Below are positions 14,461 through 28,515 of a stretch of 64,000 bases of DNA, piece after piece; position 1 is the first letter of the stretch; each line of letters starts with the position of its first letter. Under the pieces are notes generated by a model. The model was given only the letters and a program-made list of their open reading frames with translations, made no database searches and was not told the DNA's origin. This DNA is from Ginglymostoma cirratum (Eukaryota), in NCBI GenBank assembly GCA_024137785.1, contig JAHRHZ010000073.1, positions 5,194,250 through 5,258,249 on the forward strand, in the 5' to 3' direction. The position numbers were made by a program, and so were the translations under genes.

Positions 14461-14620
14461 AAAGAAGGCAAGGCAAATTTGACCACAAGAAACTCCCTAA
14501 CCTGATATAACATTTTGATGTTTTAAAAAGTTCAGACTGCATAATTAATGCTTTCATTTTAAAAGGAGGAGCCACAGAACTTGCAGATATCTATAGAATC
14601 TCCTCTATATAAATACAGTT
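14461..14620 (+). promoter_or_regulatory. col10a1 copy 1 proximal promoter (RUNX core ACCACA 14482-14487, GGAGGAG box, TATAAATA 14608-14615)
   Basis: Co-linear similarity to the promoter of copy 2 (62061-62226); TATA lies upstream of a donor site conserved between the copies. Confidence 0.8.
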
Positions 14621-14639
14621 GTCCTCATCACTGGAAAGC

Positions 14640-14735
14640 AAGTACTGTATCCCACTGCCATACTCTACACCAATTCAGAGGATAATCTGTTGAGGAATCT
14701 TTACGGAAGGAAGGTCCTGAAACCAACATATACTG
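14640..14735 (+). other. col10a1: col10a1 copy 1 exon 1 (5' UTR, non-coding; TSS approximate)
   Basis: Ends ...catatactg|gtatgtt, matching copy 2 ...aatatgctg|gtatgtt; COL10A1 genes have a non-coding first exon. Confidence 0.7.
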
Positions 14736-15297
14736 GTATGTTCCATTTAAAATTGTGTTAGCATATGAAAGAACAAGGATATCAGAAGAAGCATTCACTG
14801 ATTCTGCTAGCAATAACATTGTTTTGTAATTTTGTTAGAAGTGATCACATTTGTCAAAACCAGGAATCGCAAACTTCCTTTGCAAGCATGGAACTGTATT
14901 ATTTAGCAAGATGCAATTTGAAAAACACATGAACAAGTTTTAAAACTAATCTCACCTAACACTTTTCAGCTACAATCATGAATAATATTTTAAATTTAAG
15001 AACACCACACTTTGACAGAAAACATTTATGCAAGTTTTACATTCAAAAATTTGAAGGGGACCATCTGGAATGTTCTTGTCTTGTCAAAGATGTTAAGTGA
15101 AAATATCACTGTAACCTTGATACAGAAAACTTATTATCGTAACAATTTTTGCGAATGGAAACGTGGACAAAAACAGTCTCCATTGCTGCACATTTTAACA
15201 TCTAATTTCAATCTAATTTGTGTCAAAATCAAAGGCTTTGAATCCTGTTTTACATTGGAACTTATACAATTGCTTTTTTTTACATTTTAGTTGCAAC

Positions 15298-15409
15298 ATG
15301 GTTTCTAAGGAAATTGGTGCACTTATACTATCGCTGTCTTTGAACCTGGTTTACGGAACAGACTTTATCAGATATGTCTATCCAGCCTATAATATAAAAA
15401 GTTACGGAG
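15298..15409 (+). CDS. col10a1: col10a1 copy 1 first coding exon (exon starts 15291): signal peptide + start of NC2, MVSKEIGALILSLSLNLVYG/TDFIRYVYPAYNIKSYG
   Basis: Acceptor tttttttacattttag|, caacATGg start, donor ggag|gtaagt (phase 1); SLNLVYG resembles mammalian COL10A1 signal end SLNLVHG; paralogous to 62809-62911. Confidence 0.9.
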
Positions 15410-18400
15410 GTAAGTTCATATTTTGTTCTGAAATATTTAATAAACAAGATGGCTGCGGCTTATTCAACATGAGATAACACCAACAGATGATGGTGACGAT
15501 TCACTTCAGTCCAACGTGATCATGCGCCAAAATGAAGCGTGATTAAACTTTGTGCTAAAGTTTTGAAAACTATTGAAAATTTTTCAAAGAGATGACAACA
15601 TTCATCCAGCTTGAAAGTGGAAAACAGAACTAAAACTTCATGCTGAACTAGTTCGTATGAAAGCATATGCACCATCGGTTATCAAGGTCTCCAACATTCA
15701 TTATTGTAGAAGAATTTTGAGAGATCTCTGGAGGGTTCCTTGTGTGGGAAATCATCAATCACCACCTAAGCCTAAACACCCAAAGCACATTGTCTCATTG
15801 TATGAGCATTTGCACTAAAACAATAATCCTACGCCAGACATTTATTTATGACATGCACAATGCTTCTAAATGATAAAAGTCAGTCCAACAATACTGTCAA
15901 TCTTGCTGAAGGGTATCATTCACCTCAAAGTCAAAGGGGTATCAGTTCAAATGTCACCTCAGCAATTGCATATTTGAGTAAACAGTGTAGCACTGAGTAA
16001 ATGTTACATTGCCAACAGTTTTGCTTTTTTGGGTAACCTGTTAAAACTAGGCTCCAGCTGTCAATGGAGATGGATACGAAATAAGAGTCGGGGTAGTGTT
16101 CTGATATCCTGGTCGATACTACCAAAACAAATAAGTTGGTCATCCCCACTTGGCAAACTGGTTCCTACAGTTACCTACAAAACAACACTTTAGAAGCAAA
16201 ATCTATGTGACGTGCTTTAGGACATCTTGAAGATATGAAAGATGCTATTTTAACTTTAATCGACTGGGTTTGCATAATTCCCAACAAAAAAAAAAAAACA
16301 AACTGCCATCAGATTACTTTGTTCAGACGTTGCATGTTAGCATGCAGGCTCTAAAATGCTGTAGAATTTCTAGTTTGCTTAGATGATATGCACATAAAAT
16401 GGACTAAATACAAAAATATCCAAGAATTCTTCATCTAGAATTTGGGAGCTATTTACTGTTGGGAGTTTTTCATTATTACGCCCAGTGAATCTAACAGCAA
16501 TCTCAACGTTGAGTGCAAATTCAGATTAACATTAATGCTATACCATATGCTGTGCCATTAACTTCCATCCACCCCCCTTCGAGCAGTCAGCAAAATCACT
16601 TTATCAGGCAGAAATTCCCCTTACCCACCCTCAAAACTGTTAGCTCTAAACAAAGTAAAATCTTCTTCGAAGAGATGTAACTGAGTTTTTAAAAAGATCA
16701 GTCGAGTAATAGTTAGTACTAATGAGCTGATGTGGCCCTGAAAATTACAAATCAAAATCACATATCATATGTTACACCTTGAATGATGTTACATATCTCC
16801 ATTATAACTAACAACTAGTTTAACATTTTTGTTTAATTCAAAAAAAGGCATAACGCCTGGACAAACCGATTTCCTTGCAGACAGCAGATTCCTGCCTGTG
16901 AATAAGTGTAGCTTCCAGCAGGCGTAAGTAAGTAACAATAGTTCCTTGGCAGATTGTCTTTGGAAAATCATGACCAAACCGTCATCTGCAAGGAAATCAG
17001 AACACACTTTTCATGCAATATAAATTGTTGCCCCCTTTGAAATTTGGCATTCCTATGTCTGAGTTGCAAACAATGTCCATTTTGTTTGCAAGGTATTGCT
17101 GAATAATTCTGCATGTTTCAGGCACGTTAACAACTCAGTTATTGCAAAATGGAATACAATATGCGGTAAAAATCCATCACTTCTGCATAATACCATGATT
17201 TTCAGAATGAAAAATATTAACGCTTGAAGTGGAACTTTCCCATTTCAGGCATCCTTCACTGCCAACACACAAATAGAAACACTACATTGAGATGCGCAGC
17301 AAGGTTCCTTCTACATTGCCCAACAATTCAACTCAGAACAACACTGCTCACTAAATCTACTTTGCACAGATCACACAAATCACTGGAACAAGATTGACAA
17401 CTTAATGCTTCAAAATTGCCTGGACTCATTTCACATTGGCCTCCAAAAGCCAAACAAAAGAAAATCCAATATTTTAGAATAGGCTGGATCTGAATCTAGG
17501 TCCAACAAGTGAAGGACTAGCGTGCTACATAAAGAAAGCATTGCATGACTGCAAAATCGCGTTGTGAACCAGAAATACAAGTTAAAACCTGATGTTCAAC
17601 ACATAAAACGAGATATGTCGTACTGAATCTAATTATCAATATTTCTTTATAAAAAATATTTTTATGAACACTGCAACAAAATGATGTTGTAATGTTGTCT
17701 TACTGTGGCTGTTTGGTAACTTTCACTTATGTCCAATTGAGCTGTGGCTGGAATGCACAGCTTGCCACCATTGGATAAACTGCTACAGAAATTTGAAAAT
17801 ATTCTGGCAGGAGACCTTTTCTAGAAAGGAAAAATTTTTCTTTAAGAAAACAATTCTCAAGGTAATTGCAGCAAAAGTAATATCACTGAGACTCACTCTC
17901 TACGCAAGAGGAGAACAGTTAAGCAGCAGCAAAGAATAAATCATACAAGTCAGAAAAAAGAACAGGAACCTACAAAATTTACAGTAATGTTTGTGTCCGT
18001 TACTGACTAATGAATAGTTTTTCTATTTCTCAATCAATTAATTATTCAACTTACAGATAGTTCACTGGCGCAAATGCTACAAGTTGAAAGATTATAATCA
18101 ACAACTTCTAGCCAAGTAAAATGGCATTACTTTCAACTGTAAATTGAAGCTTCAGTCTGATAGTTTCCATATTTAAAGTTAAGATGCAACTTCTAACTTA
18201 CATGAAAGGTGAAAATCCAAAATCAATTTAAATGAGTTCAATTTAATTAAATTTGTCAAAGTACAAATTTTCAAAAATTTAGATTCAGCCTTTGGACCTT
18301 ACTTTTAAAACAAAGTGTTCTACTAGTCAAATTAAGATCTTTTCAATTTTTTTTTAGAAATGAGTGGAATAAAAATGTAGCACTCATCAACTCAAAGATA

Positions 18401-18959
18401 CCACAGATTGATGTCCTTTCATTTGAAACAAAATGCAAAGCATTTGATTTCTGGGAATTTCTGAATTTTCCAACTACAATTTTGCTGGCACAATATGAAA
18501 GTATTACCCTCGGCAGTGTGACAGCAGGAAAGGATAATTAATCACCGGAAGCAAAATTTATTATCCAGCCATTACCCCAAATGTAATGATGACAAATTAG
18601 CCAGTTCTATAAAGAGCAAAAATGTACTTCTAAGGCAAATAAATGAGTATATACTCAATTCTACAGTATTGCTGTTTTGAGTTTTACAAGTGCATGTACC
18701 TTCACTGATGATCTAGAGATTCACTGCAGTCTCTTACGATGAAGATTTTAAGATTTACCATAATCAGTAACCATTTTCAGCCAAATTCAAATCCAAACTA
18801 AAATAATATTGATAAGTAAAGATTACACCTCACTTCTGTGACACAGAATACTGGATGTAGATTTTTCTTTATTTCAACATCAGTGCGAAGACAGACAGCA
18901 TAAATCAATTAAAATATTTTGTTTGTTAGATTAGTCCAGTCTTTGCAGGAAAAGTAAGT

Positions 18960-19385
18960 CCGACCTCATATCATTCACCATTATCACCCATGCTCACCCA
19001 AATATGCAATTGCCCTTTCCCAACAATCTTGATTTTAAAATTCTTATCTTTGCTTTGAAATCTCTCCATTGTTTCAGTTTTATAGATCTTTGTAAACATC
19101 TCCAGCTACCCATCTCTCCACTTTTTTTCTATTCATCTAATCCTTGCATATTGATCATCCTAAACTTTATTCACTCAATCACTTGAGGTGTGCCCTCAAT
19201 TTCCTGGCCACTAAACTTAGCAAAGTGCTCCCTACAATGCTTTATTTCCTAACTCACCTTTCTCCTTTAAAATGCTCCTTTAAACACACTTCTTTAACTA
19301 AGCTTCTGGTTAAGCTTGGTAATCTGCCATAATACCTCTTTATGAGGCTTGGGGCCCTAAATGCCCACGTGAAGCAATCTGGGCC
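18960..19385 (+). mobile_element. Degenerate L2-like LINE 3' fragment
   Basis: ORF 19004 LDFKILIFALKSLH resembles the L2 ORF2 C-terminus. Confidence 0.55.
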
Positions 19386-21722
19386 ACTTAAGTTGAATAA
19401 ATTAACCCTGCTCAGGTGTTGTCAGCAATTTTTTGAGAGACTAGGATATGCCCGAGTTGCCGGTGGCTTCACTGTGAACCTTCCTATGAACGTCAAGAAA
19501 CTGATGGTTTTGTGCCCTGAATACAAATTAACAGTGACACAGTTATTTCAGGTTGCTTTTACACAGCACAAATCCCTGACATGGTTTTGAATCTTGGAGG
19601 CCTAGGTAAGGAATAACTGAAACCATGGAGGCTCACTATGCTCATCAGATCAAAAATGGCTCATGCAAACTCAAGAACAAAACCTCACCTTCCCTTCTGT
19701 CTCTTTGTACTAATCCATTAATTTTCTTTCCCTTTCTTAAATTGATTTTTCTCTATCTCATTTAATTCAAATTCACTCTCTCTTCCTCTGTCATTCAGTC
19801 CATTTCTTTCCTTTCTTTCAATTTCATTGGCAAGGAGATAGAATATTTGTTGTAATGTTTGAGCTTCCAAATGCACCACTGACCTCAGACTATTGTTACC
19901 AGCTCACAACTTCAACATTTTATGGTGCAATGCTTAAAACATAGAAGTAATCTGAGGAACGATGAGGGGGGCAATGGAATCATGTATTTTTTTTTCCCAA
20001 ATGCACTAACCAAAACAACACCAATGCATTAAAAAAAAAATCAGATGAACTAGAAATTGCAACATATTTTGGCAAAATTTGCTTATGAATGGACCACCCA
20101 TCATATGTAACTTTCTGCTTTGTTATACAGAAACTAATTTTAGTTATAATTAAATTTAAAAGATAATAATTTTAATTTCAAGTTTTTGTTACTAGTAGGA
20201 AACCACAGGAAACAGTTACATAGGTACAAGATCATGAGCATTACACGTGCAGGCATGTAGATGATATTGGCACTTCGATGTCATTAGTTTTTACATGATT
20301 CTGTTGATTATCAGCTGCAGCCCCAGAGATGTTAGCATTAACGCCACTTCTCTAAGAATTCTATTAATCTTCCTAAATTATGATGGACAATCAAGAGAAG
20401 CCCACCTCCTGCAGAATTTCAACCCTTTCTTTCTTTAAGAATTTGTCTAAGGATCTTTGAAGTTTACATCAGTCTTATGATACCAAAATGTCTTTTCTTA
20501 CTTTTGCAAGTTAAGTTGTTCAAAGGATTGAGAGCGCGGTTTTCACTTACTTGATTCGTTTCAGTAATCCTGCACATCGGACAAATTGAATAACTTATTT
20601 TCATCCTGACTTCTTGTGAGCAAAACACGTGGGAGAAGGGGCTAATGAAAGGTGACACTTTCAGTCCAACCTGGTACGAGTTGACTTTCGACAGGTTATT
20701 TTTACCTGATGCAGCGATGCTTATATTATCTAATGAAATATAGGAACCAGTGTTGATATTGTGATACTGAAGTATCCAACAGACATTTATTTCAGATAAT
20801 TGCATACAAACATTATATTTACAGGAACAACGTCTGAGCTACAATTAAGCTAATAGTTACAATATAGCAGCATGGTTTCAATAGCACTATGCATCAAGTG
20901 ATCCAAGATGGACTATAAGATATTCAAAGCCTCAGATCACATGCTAAAATAGTGATGTCATCTCTTCAAAATTCCCCCCTCAGAATCATAACACAACATA
21001 ACCAATGCAACTTACGCTGAAATAATCTGACAACTGTGACAAGCTGACCTTTCACATTTCGACAATCAACCAAAGAGAGGAAATGTTGGAAAACTGGTAA
21101 AGGAAGCATTTCCTTTGTACATCCGGATGTCACCAGCTTTAATCTCAAGCTGCACCTGAAGGCCCATCTGACATTCCTCAGGGTTCAGTCAGCTCTATCA
21201 AGAGTGGTACCTCTGAGTCAATCTCGGGATAAACACTGAAGTATCCCACCCAAAGTATATTCTATCCCCTGCTGTCCTTCGTACTCCTTCCAGTGGTGTT
21301 TATCATGGAGGAATAAAACTGTTACCTGTTTGTTTAGTGTGTTACTTGGAACAGGAGATGCAAATTACAGTTTAAATTTACAGCAATTGAAATGCTCAGA
21401 AATTTCTACAGTTTGTTGGACAATCTACAGGCCATATTCATATTGCTAAATGTTTGTTCCTGGATTTTGAAGCTAAGTTTCCGTAAAATTCACTTAAGAA
21501 CTAGTTCCTTGCTGTATTACGCTTTAACTCAGCTTTTGCCACACTTTAACTGAATCAAATAATTCTACTAGCATAATCTGTTTTACCGCACTCTCAATGT
21601 TAAACTGAGAAACTCAAAGAACAATGGCATTCCTTCCAATGCTTTTGATGATCATTACCGCACTTCTACAAGGTAAAAAATACAGATTTAGACATTAACT
21701 CATTTTGTTTTTCCTAAACTAG

Positions 21723-21794
21723 GTAATGAAGTAAACTTCCCTCATTCATTGAGCAATGAAGACAGTGAACACAACAGCAATTCAAAATCTGCAA
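21723..21794 (+). CDS. col10a1: col10a1 copy 1 mini-exon A (72 nt): (G)NEVNFPHSLSNEDSEHNSNSKSA
   Basis: Acceptor ttttgtttttcctaaactag|, donor gcaa|gtaagc, phase 1-1, open frame; start and end resemble mini-exon B. Confidence 0.75.
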
Positions 21795-23232
21795 GTAAGC
21801 TATACTCAGTATTTTGACATAGAGCAGTATTGTTTTTTAAAACAGACACAAGCTGAAGTGAACAATGCAAATTTACACTAAACGGCACTGGCATCTTGTT
21901 GTTATTGACTGCTCGTGTTTTAGACAGTGAAGAATTTATTAAGAACTATGCACATCATTCTAATATTTCATATCTGTAAGATCTACTTCCATTCCTAATT
22001 CATATTTTCATATCTGAAACGAAAATTCAAATATCAAGGCCACTATAAAACATAAAGCAAATGCCTGTTGTTCACTCAAAGCACAAAATCATTTTCATGT
22101 TTGATCAATCTTAAAAGAAAATAGAGACCAATTAGGAACCAATGAAGGGCCTAATTGTCAGTATCTAGCTCTGTTCTTAGATTTGTCTATTTGTCAACAT
22201 ATGCCTTTAATAAAAATGCTCTTTATGCCATCATTGCTAACATTAGTGGTCTCAAAATAAAGTTACATGCCCATGACCGTTTGTAGAACAGAGAAGCAGA
22301 TTTCTAGTTATTTTTTCCAATCCTCCTTAATTATACAAATTATAATACGGGACATGAGTAGTTACTGCAATACGTTTGCTCTTTTGGAAGAGTTCAATCC
22401 TTTGAGGTGTCAATAATAGTTCTATTGGTACACTTGATAATCTCAAAATCCATAATGTATCGGCATGTGAATATCCATTTCAGTCATTTTAAGTCAAGAT
22501 TTTCAGACCTTTGCAAAATAGGAGTCTCATACAAGTACGGACGTGATAGAATAGGCTTGTGCACACCCCGCACCCACCCCGGTCTTAATCAATTATGTTC
22601 CAGTAATCATAACTCTTCGTTGAGTGCATACACTTTCACAGTTTAATTTGTGTTCGCCTTTTAATTTCCCAACAGTCTGGCCACTGAATCTATTTTATGT
22701 CTGCTACACTAGTTAATCTAGCCTAATTGAGGGAAAACTCCCAGAATCTATAATTCAATGTAAATTAGTAGACACTAAGAAGTACAACTTTGTTTAATCT
22801 TCGTTTTCTTCTAAAAATGTAGAGGTAGAGACGCTGCTTTGGTTGAGGGAAAATTAAAGAAACATTTCCAGCAGCCAAAGACTTAGGGGCAGTAGGGTTA
22901 GTTTTGGATTACTGTAGCATACAGCATTGCAGACATCAGTCAACGGTTTCAAAATTTTATCATATTATGAATCCATCGTCAGGGCTCCGAAAAAAAAAGA
23001 AGTAAAATTACCTTACGTTGAAAATGATGCGCTGATCTTTTATGTACTGCAAATGGTTTATTGCTCATTAAAGCCATGGACAAGACAGAATTTGAAGACT
23101 TATATCTGAAAGACTGAATCCATCCTGTTTGATGCTTGCTCAAAACTTAATGCTTTGACCTTTGCCTTTCCTATTCCTAACTGAAACTGACAATATGTAG
23201 TGTCCCTTGATCCTCAGACCTTCTCCATATTA

Positions 23233-23572
23233 TGGGGAGGCAATGTCCTAGTAATTTTATTGCTAGACTATTAATCCAGAAACTCACCTAATATTTTGGG
23301 GAAACAAGTTCAAAACCTGCCATGGCAGATGTTGACATTTGAATTCAATAAAGGGTCTAATGATGATTAAACCATTGTCGAATGTTGGACAAAACCCAGC
23401 TGGCTCACTGCTGTCCTTTACGGAAAGAAACTCCCATCCTTACCTAGTCTGGCCTACGTGAGACTCCAGACTTCAGCAATGTGGTTGATTCTTAATTGCT
23501 CCCTGGGAAATTCGGGATGGGTGACAAATACTAGCTTAGCCAAAGGCACCCACATTCCAGGAGTAATTAAAA
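23233..23572 (+). mobile_element. tRNA-head SINE (DeuSINE-like)
   Basis: Homologous to 29695-30017 and 54660-55047; tail resembles the LINE 3' end at ~56560-56650. Confidence 0.65.
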
Positions 23573-23689
23573 ATTCACTAAAATAATCTGTGACCTTATC
23601 ATTACCATGACTGAAAAACACATTTATGCCTTTGACACTCTTAGACCCAACTTCCCAAGGATATTAGAGGATTAGCAAACTAATAGTAG

Positions 23690-24725
23690 ACAGTGTTTGG
23701 GATGAGGGGACATTTACAGGATGGCAACCTGTAACCAAAAGAATGCCACAAGGATTCGTGCTGAATAACATTATGGAGAGGAAGAACAGAGGAGCTGAAT
23801 ATTATTTAAATGGATAAAGACTGTAGAAAAATACGGCAAAGGGGAATTTGGGAGTTCTTGTACGTAATTCACGAAAAGCTAACATACAAGTTGAGCAGCT
23901 AATAGGGAATGCAAATTAAATCTTGGCCTTTATTTCAAAGGGAATGAATTACACAAATAGACAAGTCATGCTAAACAAGTCACAGGCTGGATCACACCTA
24001 GATTACAATCAACAGTTTGGGTCTCCTTATCTAAGGAAAGACACAATAGCATTAGAAGCAGTCCAGACAAGGTTCATTAGGTTAATCATGGGTATGCAGG
24101 GATGGTCTTATGAAGGGCCTGTACTTATTGTAGTTTAGATGAATTTAGTTTAGAGGCAACAAGATTCTTACGGATAACACAGTGTGGAGCTGGAGGAGCA
24201 CAGCAGGGCAGGCCGCATCAGAGGAGCAGGGAAGTTGAAGTTTCAGGTCAGGGCCAAAACGTCAACTATCCTGCTCCTCCGATGCTGCCTGGCCTGTTGT
24301 GCTCCTCCAGCTCCACACTGTGTTATCTCTGACTCCAGCATCAGCAGTTTTTAATATCTTCAAGATTCTTATGGGACTTGTCTGGGTCAATACAGAAATG
24401 TTGTTTCCTCTGTGGAAGAGTCTAGGGCCAGAGTGCAATACTCAGAGTTAAGGGTCACCCATTTAAGTTAGAGAGGGGGAGGCATTTTGTTCTCTCGGAT
24501 GGCAGCAAATTTGTGGAATTCTTTACTGCAGAGTGCTGTAGAGACTGGGTCATTAAGGATATTCAAAGCTGGGATAGACAGACTTCTACTCAATAAGGGA
24601 ATTGAGGGTTACATGGAAAATGCAGAAGAGTGAAGTTGAGCATTCAGATCAGCCATGATCTCACTGAATAACAAAGTAGGGTCAATGGAATGAAAGGCCT
24701 ATTCCTGCTCCTACATCTAATAGTC
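23690..24725 (+). mobile_element. CR1-type LINE 3' fragment interrupted by a nested insertion
   Basis: ORF 23923 ...QFGSPYLRKDTIALEAVQTRFIRLIMGM.. is CR1 ORF2-like. Confidence 0.8.
24171..24360. mobile_element. Palindromic Penelope-like insert nested in CR1, 11-bp TSD
   Basis: Inverted arms gataacacagtgtggagctggaggagcac... / ...gtgctcctccagctccacactgtgttatc; caagattctta at 24160-24170 and 24361-24371. Confidence 0.75.
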
Positions 24726-27199
24726 TTCTTTTCACTTGACCCCTAAGATCCATCCAACTCAATGCTCAACCACCTACATCCATGTTGCCTGAATTCCTGC
24801 TCACTTGATTTTCACCTACTCATTTTTTTGCAGCCTCTCTTCACCAAGTTTCCAAACATATCCTCCGCACTGTTAAACTTCATGGTCCTGCATGTTTGCC
24901 CTTTGTCCGATCTACTATAGTTAATACAGCCTCCGGTCAACTTTACCACATATTCTGAAAATATATCTTTAGATCCTTCCCTCATGTTATATCTATTACC
25001 TCCCTAAAAGCCTTATATTTCAACAGTCGACCTTCCAACTGTTCGTCACATTCGCCACAGTCCTACCAGACCATCAGACTGCTTTCTCTCTCTGTCTCTC
25101 TCTCTCATTAGAGATGACTGGTGGTGGTTTAACTTGAGGGTCACCACACCTCAGCCAAGGGGAGAGGCTGAGACAGGGATCCCCACATACTATAAAACAC
25201 CTTGGTGTACTTGTTATGTTAAAGATTTGTCATCGGTATTATCTGCTGCTGTTGTTGCCATTTGCTGACAAGAGTCATACGCGGAATAAAATGATTTCAG
25301 CAAGAAATTGGTGGGTGGCAGAGCTCCAGCAACTAGTGTCAAAAAATGCTTTTGCAGGTGGAAGAAAATTAGCAAAGAAAAGATTAATCATTAAAAGTGT
25401 CATGTACCTTTAGAAATGATGAACGGATTGATTTGTCAAAATAAGATGAAAACATCATTTAAGAACAACAACTGGATACAGTTTCAACAAACTAAATTAA
25501 CAATGCAGGTTTCTTTTTACATAACTGCGCTGCTGTAAGTGTCTGTATTATGGGGAAATATTAAGTACTAAAATATTTTTTATTTTTGTAACAAGTCAGG
25601 TCAACAGGTTTAATTTTGTAAACAGTGGTCAACAAGTTCTTGATTTATACAACATCTATGTTTTATACACTGGTAGTTAATGTTTGATAGAGTAAGTCTC
25701 CATTGACCACCACAAGAACACACTTTCCCTCTACCTAAACTGTCAGAAAAGATGTGCTTTCTTCAGAAATTTTCAGTTCCTGATGTTTTTTGTACATCTT
25801 GAAATATTTAATTTAAAAATATGCAATTTAGAGTATAATTGAATTGTTTGTGCTTTTTAATGTTGGTTTTAAGGTACATTGAGAGAAGAAACTATGTATG
25901 TATTTAGGCTATCTAAAAATGGAATGCTTTTCATACTTGAAGTTACTGTGCAAACAGAGCACAAGTTGGGAGGTGATAGTTGCACCCTATCTCAAAGCCA
26001 ATATAAATAATACCTGTGGTGTTTTACATCCAACCACTGTCTCTCACTCCTTTTTGGAAACCATAGGGGAGTTTAACACGACACACTATTGCAACAGAAT
26101 CTGAGCTCGTTACATAGGGTTTCGCAACAGATGTTATAACAAAACTCAACCTAAATGGGATGTTGGGGAAAGTCAAAATAAATCAATTGTGCACCCTATT
26201 GTTAAAGAGCAATACAACAGTATTGTAATAGCATGTCAGCTGCCTTGGTAAGACCTAACTCTAACCTGCAGCACCATGATTGGCTTGAGTTGTTGCTGAC
26301 TGCTGGTATAGTAAAATATTCTGATTAGACAAGAATTTTTTGAGACTGAAACCATCTTATTTGTCCGTCAGTAGTCACACCTATATACCCCCGATTCAGA
26401 CCCCTTCTATCTAATTTGCTCCTTACTTTGATTTGATTTAACTTTGATGCAACCTCAGTTCCTGTCCAAACCTCATTGAGTCTTAAGCCTTATTTGAGAT
26501 TCAATGCAGAAGTCACCTTCTTCCAAATACAAAATAGTGATGACTGCAAAAGAAAAATCATACAAAAGCTTTTATCAACTCCAGGATCGATTCACCATGA
26601 GAAATAGGAGCATTAGGCCATTCAGCTCATCAATTCTGCTCCACCATTCAATGAGATCAAGGCTGATCTGATAATCCTCAATTCCACTTTTCTGCCTTTT
26701 CCCCATAACCCTTAAAGCCTGACTCACTTCCCTTTGACTGCTTCACTTTTTCCAAAAGTTCAACTTATCAAGAACTCTGAAGACTGAGACATTTTGGACA
26801 CAAAGTACGAGCAGAAATCCCCCGTCAACTTCACTAGCTTCAGTGCCACAGAAAATTGTTTCTTGGATCCTCATCTAAGCTTACAAACTACTCAATAAGC
26901 TTATACAAGCCTCTTCAGCCCAATGTGTTCTGTTCTAATGAGCCAATGTCTCGCACAGCCCCAAGTTAACAAAACTGAAAACGCCTCCTATAACTTGTGG
27001 TTGCAGCCAATAGGGCCAGAATGGAAGATGATTCTCACTTCCCGAAATATTTGGGATAGGTTCAGTTGATTTTAAACAAACAGAAGTTCTGACACATGCT
27101 CGGCTTGATTTGAGAAGTTTAGCAGAATTGTTTTTCTCAGATTGAACAATCCATCTTCCTTAGAAATTTTTCCACCATAGGAGGTCCACCTCCAGTTCT

Positions 27200-27960
27200 T
27201 ATTCTCAGCCCATTATAAAGCTCTTTGGAACAAGTTTTATTTCATTATATCCATCCCTTCAAACAAACCAATTCTTTGGCTATGCCATTAATTTGCTTCC
27301 CATTACAAATTCATCCATTCTCTCTACATTTCGGGTGATATTTTTCCTTCAATCTTTTTTTAACTTCCGACTTCTTACCTTAAATCTATGCCGCCTCGTT
27401 ACCTACCACCTCCACCAAAGGGAAAAGATTCATCCCATCTAGACCCAGCACAGTTTTGTACACTTCAACCAGGTCCTCACTCAGGATTCTCTACTCTGAG
27501 GAAAATACTCTCAGCCTACCCAGTCTCTCCGCATAGTTAAAATGCTCCAACCCAGGCAACATTCTGGTGAATAGTCTCTTCTGCGTCTTTCTAGCGCAAT
27601 AAATTCCTTCTCATAACGTGACAACCAGATCTGCACACAGTACTCTGGTTGTGACCCAGCTAATGTCTTGTACAATTCCATCATAACCTCTCAGCTCTTG
27701 TACTCAATACCTTAACTATTAAGACCAAGTACCTCATATGCCTTCTTAACCATATTATCTATCTGTCCTGTGCTTTCAAGGATCTACGAACATACTCACC
27801 AAGGTCTCTCTGATCCTCCGTACATTCTAGCGTCTTATGGACTCCCTTGCCTGTAAGGCCTCCTGAAATGTATTACCTCTCACTTTTCAGGATTAAACTT
27901 CATCTGCCACTGTTCTGCCCATCTGATCAACCCCTCTTTATTGTCTAAGGATTTCCTCCT
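27200..27960 (-). mobile_element. Decayed CR1-type LINE fragment
   Basis: Similar to 2200-2580 (accagatctgcacacagtactc... is the reverse of EYCVQFWS). Confidence 0.65.
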
Positions 27961-28452
27961 TGCTTTGTATTAGTGTGGGTTCGGAGTTTCTTTTGGGCCT
28001 GATTATTTAGGCTGCATTATGATCATTTTGTCAGCACATTCTAACAAGATTAGGAGGATATTTTGATCCAATATCTGTGTTATACCCAAAGAAGTAGCTG
28101 AAGCCAGAATTTTTTTTTAACCTAATTCTTCACCCCTGTTAAAATTTCCACAGCTACTTCAATTTCTGCAATACTCTTAGCTTAATTCAAACTGTGCACA
28201 ATCAAGACATTATGCGAATTGAGATCATAACTTCTTGTCCTACTAAGTCTGATGCCTGAAGCAATACTGCAAATTAGGTGGGCTTGTATTACTATTTTAT
28301 AACTGTGCTCAAAACTTCTTTTCTAAAAAAAAAAATGACCTGACGAAAATTAGAATGGACAGAACTGCTCCCTCTAAAGCACTTCTTTTAATAATATTGT
28401 GAAAAAGTGTAGATATTCACGTATTTGTAATCTTTTTCTTTCCCTGAAATAG

Positions 28453-28515
28453 GCAATGAATTCAAAGGGAATAGTGGACCAAGCGATGAAAACAATGGTG
28501 ACTCTAATTCAGCAA
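28453..28515 (+). CDS. col10a1: col10a1 copy 1 mini-exon B (63 nt): (S)NEFKGNSGPSDENNGDSNSA
   Basis: Acceptor tctttttctttccctgaaatag|, donor gcaa|gtatgc, phase 1-1; homologous to exons C-E (x-x-KG...E-N..NG.SNS). Confidence 0.8.

Noticed and set aside
21624-21672. ATG-initiated hydrophobic peptide MAFLPMLLMIITALLQ with phase-1 donor (caag|gtaaaa) just before mini-exon A, resembling an alternative signal exon
   Set aside because: The intron to exon A would be only 50 nt, too short for typical vertebrate splicing, and a clear COL10A1-type signal exon exists at 15298. Worth a look only if 5' RACE shows starts here.
23011-23105. Minus-strand exon-like segment with AG/GT boundaries
   Set aside because: Translation resembles nothing I recognise and there is no partner exon.
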